The position numbers and the translations under genes were made by a program. DNA of 62,933 bases, counting the filler, from Octopus bimaculoides (taxonomy: Eukaryota): the NCBI RefSeq assembly GCF_001194135.2. It is 6 parts of 6 records of this genome, joined end to end, with 100 filler letters (N's around TTAATTAATTAA, not from the genome) between each part and the next. Parts side by side here need not be neighbours in the genome. Positions count along the whole stretch, not along the records: positions 27,405 to 59,038 come from NC_069002.1; positions 59,139 to 61,715 come from NW_026317335.1; 4 more parts are not named here. One strand, written 5' to 3'. A model generated the notes under the pieces. The model saw only the letters and a program-made list of their open reading frames with translations. It ran no database searches and was not told the DNA's origin. Shown piece by piece: positions 46,949-59,267 of the stretch (positions are counted from its first letter, which is position 1; each line of letters opens with the position of its first letter).

Positions 46949-48057
46949 TATAATATAAAATATGTCTGTGTGTGTAGGTAGGCTAAAATATCTCCGAGTT
47001 TCTGTTAATGTTATTTCAATGCAATGAACATCTATATACATATGTATGTTTTTGTTTTCTCCCATTATAACGCCATCGTCGGGTGTTTCTGGAAATATGT
47101 ATGTATGTGTCTGTGTGTATGTGTACTGGTGATTTTTTTTTTGTGTGTATATGTGTACATGTGTGAATTTATATATATATATATATGTGTTTGCTGGTAC
47201 GGATGTGTATATCTTTATGAGAAAAGCAATATAGAGAGACATATAAATCAATTGAAGAAGAAATAGATTGAAAGGCAGTCTGAGAGAGGCAGAGAGAGGC
47301 AGAGAGAGAGAGGAGAGAGAGAGAGGAGAGAGAGAGAGGAGAGTGAGTGAGACACACAGACACACGCAAACTGATCATGGGTAGGTGAATGAATATATTG
47401 ATCGCACTCAACTGTTCGATAATGTTGAAAGAGCTAATACCGGGAATTCACTACATCACAGAACTGATTGCCAAACTAGAAAGTATGAGGAAACTCATAA
47501 AATTGATAGTTTATTTTGCTACAAAGTAAACGATAGCATAACCAATAACATATAACACCCAGGGTATTAGTCACGGAACTGTCTTCTAAACTCGATACGA
47601 CAGAGATTTATACGTTTTAAGACATGACATACTCAAATCATTATATATATAGATTCTGCAATGGAACCAACTTATTCAAACATAACCTACATTAAAATAG
47701 AAATGCAATGGAAGAATGTCTCAGAAATCATGTCGCTTTTCGCTCTGGACCTAAGTTAATTACATGGCGAAATAACTTGCACGTAACAGCCAGTTTTAAT
47801 TATAGCGATAAGGGCAATTTACAAATTTCCGTACAGCAACTGACTAAATAACAGCAATTGATTTAAAACGTCAACAGCAAATGTTGATGTGCAAGTGTGA
47901 CACTAAAACAAACGGTTGCACTCTCATAAGTAAAGTTGGCAACAGAACTGAAACTGGTTTCATTTGGACATTAAATGCCGAATTCGTTCAAATCAATAAA
48001 TGGTCAACGATGAGTAGAGAAATTATGTTCTGAAACATAGAGTGGTTAAATATAAAA

Positions 48058-48600
48058 TACTGGGTCATCCCATAAATAATGCGGATTATTTAATAGATGT
48101 TTTAGTTTTCGTAGTTAAGATAAATCAAGTTCCTTTTTTAATCTAAAATATATTCTTTATTTTAAACAATGCTCTTCCATCTAACTGGTAGACTTGCAAC
48201 TCCCATCTTCTAAAATTCAGCAATGCGTGACGAAAACTACTCCAGTACTGTTCTGACCTCGTTTGTCTACGGAGTTCATATTTTTTCCCTCCAAAATATT
48301 TTGAAGACTGCGGAATAAATGATAATCTGCTGGGGCAATGACCGGCGAATATGGTGGATAGGGCATCGTTTCCCATTGTAACTCCTCCAGCCTTTGGAAT
48401 GTCATCCACGTTATATATGGCCGAGCATTATCCTGATGGAAGAACACATTTTGACTTGAAACCAAAGATGGTCGTTTTTCTTCTGCCACTGACTTCAGCC
48501 GCCCACGCTGCTCGCAATATTTCTCCTTTGCTACCGATTCGTTTGGTTTTAAAGGTTTCATATCCCACCAAACAATTAACAAAACATTACGTGTGCTGTT
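48058..48600 (-). mobile_element. Mariner transposase 3' half with right TIR (pseudogene)
   Basis: MLIVWWDM...FFHQDNARPY...PYPPYSPVIAPADYHLFRSLQN (DD34D region). TIR tactgggtcatcccataaataatgcggatt at 48058-48087. Confidence 0.92.
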
Positions 48601-48683
48601 TGGTCAGTCACCGGTCACGTGTGGGTAACAGAGAGAAGAGAATGAAGGAGAGGGAAATAGTTGCAGAAAGAGAGGATGGCAGT

Positions 48684-48734
<51 letters not shown>

Positions 48735-48918
48735 GGGGAAGGAAGGAAGGAAGAAAGTCTACAATTAGGTGTAGTCTACAATTGCTAGAAAAAGAATATT
48801 AGGGCGAGAGAGAAAAAAGAGAAATAAAGAAAGACATAAAGAAAGAGACGCAAAAAAATATATACAAACTGTTAAAATAATCGGGATGCGTGGCTTTCAG
48901 TTATTCTATAAGTGAAAT

Positions 48919-49084
48919 AGGCGCAGGAGTGGCTGTGTGGTAAGTAGTTTGCTTACCAACCACATGGTTCCGGGTTCAGTCTCACTGCGTGGCACCTTGG
49001 GCAAGTGTCTTCTACTATATCCTTGGACCGACCAAAGCCTTCTCAGTGGATTTGTTAGACGGAAACTGAAAGATGCCCGTCGTA

Positions 49085-49131
<47 letters not shown>

Positions 49132-49340
49132 ATGTGTGTTTGTTCCCCCAGCATCGCTTGACAACCGTTGCTTGTGTGTTTACATCCCCGTAACTTAGCG
49201 GTTCGACAAAAGAGACCGATAGAATAGGTACTAGGCTTATAAAGAATAAATCCTGGGGTCGATTTGCTCGACTAAAGGCGGTACTCCATCATGGCCGTAT
49301 TCAAATGACTGAAACCACTAAAAGAGTAAAAGGAGAGTAA
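48919..49340 (+). mobile_element. SINE family A full length, type-1 tail
   Basis: aggcgcaggagtggctgtgtggtaag...gactaaaggcggtactccatcatggcc...aaaagagtaaaaggagag. Confidence 0.9.
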
Positions 49341-49527
49341 GCATTAATTACTACAAAACGTTCATGTAAAACAGACACCAGGACAGAAGATATGAATACC
49401 TAGTTTCCTGCCTTTAACGATAAGACTAGAAACCTCGTATATCGGCTTCTTGTAGTATTTAGCGCATTTTTCATTTAAGTTTGTGTGTGTGTGTGAGGGT
49501 GTATATATGTGTGTGTTTGTATATATG

Positions 49528-49568
<41 letters not shown>

Positions 49569-50329
49569 NNNNNNNNNNNNNNNNNNNNNNNNNNNNNNNN
49601 NNNNNNNNNNNNNNNNNNNNNNNNNNNNNNNNNNNNNNNNNNNNNNNNNNNNNNNNNNNNNNNNNNNNNNNNNNNNNNNNNNNNNNNNNNNNNNNNNNNN
49701 NNNNNNNNNNNNNNNNNNNNNNNNNNNNNNNNNNNNNNNNNNNNNNNNNNNNNNNNNNNNNNNNNNNNNNNNNNNNNNNNNNNNNNNNNNNNNNNNNNNN
49801 NNNNNNNNNNNNNNNNNNNNNNNNNNNNNNNNNNNNNNNNNNNNNNNNNNNNNNNNNNNNNNNNNNNNNNNNNNNNNNNNNNNNNNNNNNNNNNNNNNNN
49901 NNNNNNNNNNNNNNNNNNNNNNNNNNNNNNNNNNNNNNNNNNNNNNNNNNNNNNNNNNNNNNNNNNNNNNNNNNNNNNNNNNNNNNNNNNNNNNNNNNNN
50001 NNNNNNNNNNNNNNNNNNNNNNNNNNNNNNNNNNNNNNNNNNNNNNNNNNNNNNNNNNNNNNNNNNNNNNNNNNNNNNNNNNNNNNNNNNNNNNNNNNNN
50101 NNNNNNNNNNNNNNNNNNNNNNNNNNNNNNNNNNNNNNNNNNNNNNNNNNNNNNNNNNNNNNNNNNNNNNNNNNNNNNNNNNNNNNNNNNNNNNNNNNNN
50201 NNNNNNNNNNNNNNNNNNNNNNNNNNNNNNNNNNNNNNNNNNNNNNNNNNNNNNNNNNNNNNNNNNNNNNNNNNNNNNNNNNNNNNNNNNNNNNNNNNNN
50301 NNNNNNNNNNNNNNNNNNNNNNNNATATA

Positions 50330-51010
50330 TATTAAACTTAGTTGTGAGCTGAACGTAACCGCAGAGAATCGGGAGCCCTTTTGGGCATTCTATTTACCTT
50401 GCTGGAAGGGTTCCCAAGCCATAGGCAAAGGGGGGTTGGATGATTGGGGTGGTGTATTCAAAGGGCTAGCATGTGCAGCCTGATCACCTGGATTCGGTGT
50501 GAAAACCAACTTTAAAGTATAAATATAGATGTTTTTGAATCAGCAATGTTGTGTTCGGTTAAGTCCTATTTGGGGTGCAAAATCAATAAACTGATTCCTT
50601 ATGGTGTTTTCCATTTAATCACGATAAAAAAAATCGATAAAACGATTCCTTATTGGACTTCCCATTAAAATTGTCTGCTCCCCATTTTCAACCATAACTT
50701 TTACCAATTTTGATGTATTTTGTTCAGCATTACTGAGGATTCTTGGGATCTTTGAATGCTTTAAGTTCTCCAAAAGCAAAAATAATAAATAAATAAATAA
50801 ATCGATGAGTGGAAAAAATCGATAAACCGATTCCTTAGGGGATTTCCCAATCAAGTTGTCTTGCTACTCATTTTCAGCCAAAAGTTTGCCACTTTTAACG
50901 GATTTCGCTCAGATTTGACGTCGCTGTTGCTTAGTTTGGTATCAAATAAAGAGCTTGATTTGCTTAATAATCCTAACTCAATCCCGAGCAAATCCGGGCT
51001 ATACTGCTAG
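50330..51010 (+). mobile_element. Helitron-like element, 3' terminus
   Basis: GC hairpin cccgagcaaatccggg (50983-50998) then CTAG at 51007-51010 followed by T. Internal repeats aaaatcgataaa(a/c)cgattcc lie near 50580, 50630 and 50815. The 5' end is not located. Confidence 0.6.
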
Positions 51011-52559
51011 TATATGATAACAATAAGGATTCAAAGAATCAGAGTAAGCTCCCTGTCTAGTATGTGGCTCTCGAGAAAGCCCTGCTGTTGTTCATAAAAA
51101 TGCAGGAAATGCAATGGTGTAGTGAGTTTAAAAACTAATCAGATACCAGGCCTGAAATGAGAGAAAAGATGTTTATTCCACTAGTTGACACACGTACTGG
51201 GGTGAATCTAATCGTCAGTCCCTCTCCCCCAACATTTTGAGCCTTGTGCTTAGAGCAGAAAAGAATCTTACTAAACCAATATCCATTTACTTTTTGCTCA
51301 ATCTTTTACTCGATTGGATGGTTTAAGTTTGCAGTTTAACATCGTACCACGTTGTATTCGATCATGGTGATTTAGATTTCAATAGATTTGTGTTATTATT
51401 TACATTGTTGATTCTAGGTGGTGTACGTGTGTATATTTTTGTGCTTGTGTATATGTGTGTGTGCATAATGCCACAAACGTATTTACTCTTATACGCACTC
51501 ATAACTACACTTACATATTGACACAAATACATATTCATACCTTTTATGTACTTATTTCGTTTTCTCCTTTTTAGTTCGAGAATGAAAATAGTATTTCTCG
51601 TGACATACTTTGATGCGAGGAACACAAATCAATTATGCATATATTTAGCACGAATCAATTATGCACGCAGGACTGGAAATGTTATTTCAGTGACTAAATA
51701 ATTCAGATACATACTGAAAATAGAGGACTTTAATTCAGTTCAATATCGATGTATGGAATATAAAGGCCGTGTAAGAGTTAATTGAATATAATTATATATT
51801 GTGAATAAATAGTGAATACTTAATATATTCATTGTCCCATCATTGTTTCATTGTGATGCATTACCCAATCTTGTATTGGAAGGGAAAGGTTATGTGTTGC
51901 TGATGAGGTCAATATAACATTGAAAAATGTCTGAATTTATCTCCTGAGTTAAGCGGAAACGTGAATATAGTGTTATTTGTATCAGAATGTCATTTCCTAT
52001 CAACTGAATTTTATTATTTTAGTTAATAAATTTTTATTAATCATATGCACAGGAATGGTTTTGTATGTTTGCATGTTTAATAAATTTCAATCTTATCAAA
52101 TGCTTCTTGTATTCAAAGAGCTTTCATTGAAGAGAATATATATTTCCATTATTTTTGAAATATAATTTTGAGGCAGTTCCCTTTACTTATACACGTGCAT
52201 AATATTAATTGTCTATTTGAGAATATACATACTCGTACGTGCGTGTGTGTGTGAGTGTGTGAGAGCGTGTATGTCTGTGTGTCTTTCTGTGTGCGCACGT
52301 TTGTGTGTGTATAACAAGATTTGCAACTCACAAATATATATTAATGTATTTGTGTATGTATGTACATATAGAGATTAGGAGATAGAGGGAACAGAAATAA
52401 TTTAAGTGACGTATTTAGTCTGGTAACCTCCCGTGTGCGTGCTAAATCTCTTTATAGTAAAAGTGACATTCACATCGATTTCTCAAAAGAACAATACGAT
52501 GAAATAAAAGTTTAAAACTTATTCACATGGTATTCGAATTTTCAGAAGGCGATATCAAC

Positions 52560-53270
52560 GCATGATTGAATAATTGAAGGGCAAAGAAAAATCTCTTTGA
52601 ATTTAAATCAATCTCCGACCACAGTATCTGGGACAATTGGCAAACAGCACTCAGATATAGCAAGGACTCCATCTTTGCATTTTATACCATTCATCTTCGA
52701 AATTTGTTTCCTCATAATGGTTACCCGACATCTTTTATCCATCACCAACAAGACACCTGACGTAAAACATATAACAACTACTACAACAACAACTGCTTCC
52801 TTAAACTATTAAATCTTTGCAAGGTTTTTGCCTCTGGCATTCAAACAAAATCATTCTTAGAGAGAGAGTGAATGTCATGTGACGGGCTCAATGCCAGCCA
52901 TCTTCATATCGAATTCTTTGCATCAGGAAAGTATCCGAGAGCAACAAGAGGTATAATCTAAGTGACTAACATATCAATAAAACAAATATAAATCTTGTTG
53001 CATACGTAATATTGTGCATAATATGCGATAGATGTGGGAACCTTTACATCGGTAACACAATCCGGAAACTTCACATCAGGCTTAAGGATCACAGATTCGT
53101 GCTTATTCGGGTAAGAAACCATACAATGAATGCAGTGGCCGTGGAGTAGGTCTATCCGTTCAACTGAGATAATGCTGGGTTCAGAATGTAAATTATTCTT
53201 ATTAAACAAGTGAAACTGGAAATAAAGAACGGAACCGAAATGAACACCACAAACCTGCATTTCTAACTTC
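52560..53270 (+). mobile_element. Penelope-like element relic (RT end plus GIY-YIG)
   Basis: FPHNGYPTSFIH...; NLVAYVILCIICDRCGNLYIGNTIRKLHIRLKDHR. Confidence 0.7.
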
Positions 53271-54034
53271 TTCCATTTACTTTCAGTTCTTAAGATTCCA
53301 ACTTGTCTCAGAAAGATTTACCGCACAGCTACAGCATATTTTTGCGAAATATCATATCTCGTGACGAATATTATTTTAGAATTCTCCTATTGTTCAGCGA
53401 CACTTCCAGTCACCTCTGTCGCAACAGTATTAAGTTATCATGTCACGTTGTGTAATAATTCTCCTGTTTCCATACCGTACTACCTGCTGCTTCTGATAGC
53501 ATCTAACTCAACCAATTACAATTCCTAATATGGAAATATAAGCAATGCTGTAGTCACAGCACAACAGAATGACCTGCCGATAAAATTTCTGATTATCTGT
53601 CTCCAATTACAAATAAGGGAATATTTTCCTAAATTTTTATAGTCATTTCACCCATTGACATTAATTTTCGCATGTTTAATTACTCTTAACGTGTATTGCG
53701 CAAATATTTTTGTAAATATTTGTCATTTAAAAAAAAACAAAATCAATGTTTCAACGAAATTATAACAGAACTCTAAATATTCATATATTGTAGAAATATC
53801 TATAAAACAATTTCGAAAACATGCAATATCACTTTGCTTAATCAGAAAGTAAGAAAGTTCATTACATTGCTGTAAATGGCATCGTTACAATAAATGAATT
53901 ATAAAAGTAATATGAATGTGACACAAATGCCTCGTCAGTGTGCTGTCAACGCTTGCTAATTCTGAATATATGGTGTTAAACATTTTTCATATAAACGTGT
54001 TTCAAAACGTTATATAAAATAGGGCGAACCCGTA

Positions 54035-54066
<32 letters not shown>

Positions 54067-54304
54067 NNNNNNNNNNNNNNNNNNNNNNNNNNNNNNNNNN
54101 NNNNNNNNNNNNNNNNNNNNNNNNNNNNNNNNNNNNNNNNNNNNNNNNNNNNNNNNNNNNNNNNNNNNNNNNNNNNNNNNNNNNNNNNNTATATAATTTA
54201 ATAGTTAATGGTAAGACAACAAAAGAATGAAAGAGACTTCGACATTATATAAATACAGGAATTTATCTGTAATATAATATGTGACAATTATTCGGCTGCC
54301 ATAG

Positions 54305-54362
54305 TAAAACTCTGAGTTTCGGATGTCGGGCCGGAAACCTGCACCGGAATCTCTTCAGTTAT
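54305..54362 (-). ncRNA. Hammerhead-like motif in a solo PLE terminal repeat (about 54195-54450)
   Basis: auaa CUGAAGA gauu-ccgg..ccgg..aucc GAA ACUC-a-GAGU U uuac: near-palindromic stem III, imperfect base of stem II. Confidence 0.5.
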
Positions 54363-54928
54363 CGAGGCAATTACAATATGCAATGAAAATGACCGTTAAA
54401 TAAGGGGAAAAAACCGAAGGGGAAGAAGTAAAAAGTAAAGGAGTAAAAATGCTCATAGCAATTGCGTATGCGCGCATGTACATACATACACATGTGCGCA
54501 CGCACAGCCACGTACATCTGCCAATATGCATATGCTCACACAGACTCGCATGAAACACATACATGCGCACCCACACATGTACCAAATAGATGCATATATT
54601 GCACATATATGCAACCATGCATGTAGACGTATACAAATCCCCGCCCGCGCGCGCACACACACACAATTGTGCACATACCCATGTGCGCACAGTTATATTC
54701 AAATACACACGCGCGCGCACACACACACACGTGCATATACCCATACACGCGCCGTTATATTCAAATACACGTCTAAAAATACGGACATGCTATATGTTCG
54801 CTCACACTCGCGTGGAACACATGCATGTAAACACACACATACAAGCAATCATACACATGTACATATTAAGATATATAAATCTCGCTTTATGAGACGCTCT
54901 CATATGTTAATTTGCAGAGGAATTTGTA

Positions 54929-55003
54929 GTGGGTAGTTTAGCATAATCGGTCAAAGCATCGTGACGCGTAATCACGGCGATGTGAGTTCGAGTCCACCTA
55001 CAC
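54929..55003 (+). pseudogene. tRNA-like relic (CGT in anticodon position)
   Basis: tagcataatcggtcaaagca, perfect arm cgtga/tcacg with 7-nt loop cgCGTaa, gagttcgagtc, then TTTT. Lacks U33, and the acceptor and T stems are broken. Confidence 0.35.
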
Positions 55004-55149
55004 TTTTCTCTGCAAAATAGGGGTAGTTTATCCTGTTCAGGCTATATCATTAGCATTATTCTGCGATTGAGAATTTAAAAAAATCACTTCTTTAACTTTC
55101 TAAAGACATCTCAACGCTTTTAAAAGCAAACTTCGTTTGATTATTATTA

Positions 55150-55207
<58 letters not shown>

Positions 55208-56105
55208 CATTTGATGGAAACTCTCAGCTTTAAGCTGGGTATGGTGAAATGTGTCAGCTGTCCACAGCCAGCAGACTAAGGTGACACGTGTTTAGTGGCC
55301 ATGCTTCAAGAACCCTGAGAATAATCCTTGCAGTTCCGAGCATTTGTATAAAGTTTTTGAGCCATGCTGCTAGTTGAATGTTCATACTTCCAAATGCGTC
55401 AATGACTATTGCTATCACGTTTAATCTTCTCATTCACCACAATCTTCATATTTCCCACTTCAATTCCTCTTAGTTCAGTTTTTCACGTTGATCCTGTTAT
55501 CAATCGGAGACGCTTTTCGATTATCATGCACATTCTTTTTTTTTTTATTCACCACAGCAATGTCCGGTTTCCTATGTCTGGTCTGGTGATCGCACTGAAT
55601 CACTACATCCCACAGGATTTTGCAGATCTCATTTTCGGTGATTCCTCCTGGGGTTTGTTCATACGATGGCTTTGCTCTTTGTAGGCCAGGATTTCACACA
55701 GCTCCATATGGGTCACATTTGCCACAGTGTTATGGCGTCGTTTGTATTCGCCTTGTGCCAATTTTGGGGCATTCGCAAACGATGTGCCATACCGTTTCAC
55801 CCCACTCACCACACATTCTGCATTTGTTACTATCGGTAGTGTTGTCAATTCTGGACTTCATATAATTGGATAATGCATGTATGGAAAAAGGGAGACCACC
55901 TGCCCCTGTGGGATGAAGTTAAAATAATAGACAGAGAACACCACTGCAAATTACGGATACTAAAAGCAGCAGCACATATGCTAGGACACAACAACCGCCT
56001 AAGCAGACCGAGTACAGATATGAATAACATATGGGAACAGGTATTAAGGAATGATAGGAGAATATTACATTTATAAGCCCTAAAATTTACTCCATAATTG
56101 TCCAC

Positions 56106-56178
56106 GAGCATATGGCATAGTGGTTAAGAGAGCGGGCTACTAGTTCCAATATTCTGAGTTCGATTCCAGGCAGTAGCC
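56106..56178 (+). promoter_or_regulatory. tRNA-like Pol III internal promoter inside the PLE terminal repeat
   Basis: A box TGGCATAGTGG (56113-56123) and B box GAGTTCGATTCC (56156-56167). Homologues lie at about 36680-36752(-) and 37489-37560(+). Confidence 0.7.
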
Positions 56179-56249
56179 TGAATAATAATACTGATGATAA
56201 CATTGAAAAATACTTTAGCAAGGAGAATCCAGGTTCGAAATTTTCCCAA

Positions 56250-56295
56250 GACACCTGATGAAGGCTGGAGAGTATATCAGCCGAAACGTTGTGTT
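56250..56295 (+). ncRNA. Minimal type I hammerhead ribozyme, intact
   Basis: gacac CUGAUGA a ggcug-gagaguauau-cagcc GAAA CGU U guguu. Decayed homologues lie at 36568-36613(-) and 37621-37666(+). Confidence 0.85.
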
Positions 56296-57430
56296 AAGAA
56301 CAAACAAGATGAGGACAAATAATCCGTCGAATGTAAATAATGTAAATTATGTTCATACAGTTGGTCCTTAACGCTTATTCCTGAGCTGCGCATATGAGTG
56401 CGTCTTCTCTGTTTTCAGGTCACTCATCCTCATCCATAGCCACCGGTTCTCTGTAACTGTCTTTGCATTTACATCTTTTCAAACTGACCGTACATTTTGT
56501 TTTCCTTCCATATTGTTTTCATTTCTTTTTTTTTTGTTCAGTTCTTGTTTAAATATTTCTTTAGTTACACATTTTTCAGTTTTGGAGATGCCGGCCTTCT
56601 TCGTGTGTTTCAAATGATTCTACACGGCACTTTTTATATATCACCTTAGGCAGTTTTCTTCTGCTTCCATACAGACCTGGAAATTGATCGAACCTCTCCC
56701 ACCCTTTCCTTTGGACAAGTACAGCCTATCGGTGTCACACTTAGGGTGGAAATCTCCGTGTACTGCCAACATTTTTCTGGTGTTGTTATCCATTTCCTTA
56801 TTTTTCTCTTTTGCCATTTTATAATTCCCGCTCCATACCGAAATGATGTTATCACCCACGTATTAACTACTTGGATTTTATTCCATCCAGTCAATTTTGA
56901 TAGCAACTCCAACCTCAGTTGCTCTTTCATTTCCTTTTACATTTTCTCGTTGAACTCTAGTACAACAAGATATTTGAAGCCTTCCTTTTCAATTTGTTTG
57001 ATCAAGTCTCTATTCAATAATTCTATCCCTGATAGGGACTGTACCTTGCCTTTTTTTAGGTAGATCATTCTGCATTTCTTGAGTCTAAATTCCCTTCTAA
57101 TATCAGTACCAAAACATCGGAATGTGTTCACCAAAGAACTCACTGGTTTCATCTTTGCCATACAGTTTCAAATCATTCATGAAGAAGAGGTGGTTGACTG
57201 TTTGGGTGTTTTCCTTTAGTCGATACCCCAGGTTCATTTTCCTTTGTACCAAGATCAGGGGTATCATGCAGAGAACAAAAGGCAACGGAGACATGCTCTC
57301 ACCCTGGAAAATCCTTTTTGTGATACCCATGTTACCCAAGATTTCTCTGTAAGATGTCAGTTCAGTTTTCTATCCCACCATGCTTCTCTTCAGGAAACAC
57401 GTTACATTCCTCGCACATTCCAACAGATCT

Positions 57431-57647
57431 CAAGGAGGCGAACTGGCAGCGTCGTTAGCGGGCTGGACAAAATGCTTAGCGGTATTTTGCTTGTCACTAC
57501 GTCATGAGTTCAAATTCTGCCGGGGGTCGAATTTTCTTTTCATCCTTTCCGCGTCGATAAAATAAGTACCAGTTGAATACTGAAGTCGACTTATCCCCTC
57601 CCTTAAAATTGCTACCCTTGAGCAAAAATTTTAAACCGTTATTATTA

Positions 57648-57708
<61 letters not shown>

Positions 57709-57725
57709 CATTATTATTATTATTA
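57431..57725 (+). mobile_element. SINE family B with long (TTA)n tail
   Basis: aggaggcgaactggcag...gagttcaaattc...tttcatcctttccgcgtcgataaaataagtaccag...(tta)n. Confidence 0.8.
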
Positions 57726-58976
57726 TATTCTTTAGTTGTTTTCTTTTCTACGATTTGTTCCAGATTTAAGCCAGAGTTCTGAAGTAACATGAAGTTGAAA
57801 GGTATATTATTTCCATGTGTCTTCAAGTTACCTGGACAACTACAGGGACAAAACTGATACATCGTTTAAGATTGTTATGCTTATACTTACATGGTGCTCT
57901 ACATTTTCACTAAAATTTTTATTATGTATTTATATTCGTCTTCTCAGAAAGGAACTTCTAATTCACTATGAAGTCAATTTGACTCCAGACAGTGTAACGA
58001 TTTAAAGAAAAGATCGTGAGTAGCATCACGGCTTGTCACTTATTTATCCGGTCTGATATCTAAAATTCAGTTACACATTTAATTACCACGCACTGAGATA
58101 ATGGCAAACTCTAAAATCTTGATGCCCCTAAATACAAATAAAAAACTGTATTCTTAATACACTAAAAACATATTCTATAAAGTATTGCAATTCAAAGGAA
58201 CGGCGTCATTTTGCATTCGTAGAGAGGCAGGTGTACTCTTTGTATCTGGTCATGATACCGGGAACCACGTCTAGCATTTTGACAGCAATTATAGGATATA
58301 AAATCAATGGTAACGAACAGGGCAATTTTAGACAATGTTTCAAGCAACAACTATGGATAATTCTATCCAAATTTACAGATATACAACGCAGTAAATGCGG
58401 ATTATCTTGTATGGAGCACCAGGTATGAAATGCGTTTTAAGTGGGTTTCCTCAACCGTAGTTGTATTTTATCTCAAAACCACAAATCCCATATCAGCGAT
58501 AAAGAGAAAGAATTAACTCTATTTGTGAACAAAGCAATTGACTGATATTGCAAATTTACAACTCTACTGGAAGAATTCAATAGGAATTGCTTTACATTAC
58601 TTCTTTGTATTCAGATATGGCTGCATTCCAGTGTTCTTACACAAGAAGACGCTAATAATATATTACGGAGGAAAATAATAAACTGGACAATGATTATCTA
58701 CAATGTTCTAAATATTGTTGAACATTAACAAAAATGTAAACTGGTAATCGACTATATCGAAATGTGTACCGCTACATATATTTACGTATATTAATGTGTG
58801 AGTGTACGTAGATGTATGGACATGTATTTAAACACACACATCGAAAGCTAGATGGATATAGTGATAGATAGATACATAGATAACTAGGTAGTTAGTTAGA
58901 TAGCTATACGCACACACACACATACACACACACATATAAATATATATATATACACACACACACATATACACACACA

Positions 58977-59038
<62 letters not shown>

Positions 59039-59138
59039 NNNNNNNNNNNNNNNNNNNNNNNNNNNNNNNNNNNNNNNNNNNNTTAATTAATTAANNNNNN
59101 NNNNNNNNNNNNNNNNNNNNNNNNNNNNNNNNNNNNNN
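59039..59138. other. Artificial assembly join linker 4
   Basis: N44-TTAATTAATTAA-N44. Confidence 0.97.
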
Positions 59139-59232
59139 CTTAAATGGCTTATAAACACCTTCCACACTGCAATTGTTTTCATTCCAGCCGACGACCTCAG
59201 ATCAGGTCACTAGCTATGCAAGTACATCTCCC

Positions 59233-59267
<35 letters not shown>

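Larger units (their letters stand above)
55870..56351 (+). mobile_element. 5'-truncated Penelope-like copy with 13-bp TSD
   Basis: HVWKKGDHLPLWDEVKIIDREH...LHL* plus terminal repeat. TSD ttcatataattgg (55857-55869) / ttcatacagttgg (56352-56364). Confidence 0.9.
55211..57430 (-). mobile_element. R4/Dong-clade retrotransposon (RT, CCHC, restriction-like endonuclease), pseudogenic, interrupted by a PLE
   Basis: IFQGESMSPLPFVLCMIPL...NHLFFMNDLKLYGK...GFKYL...RYGAGII...FHPKCDTDRLYL..GKGGRG...CRMCGE...PKLAQGEYKRRH...ILWD..I.CD...HRKPDI. The 3' end abuts (TAA)n (55140-55207 as TTA on the + strand). Confidence 0.92.
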
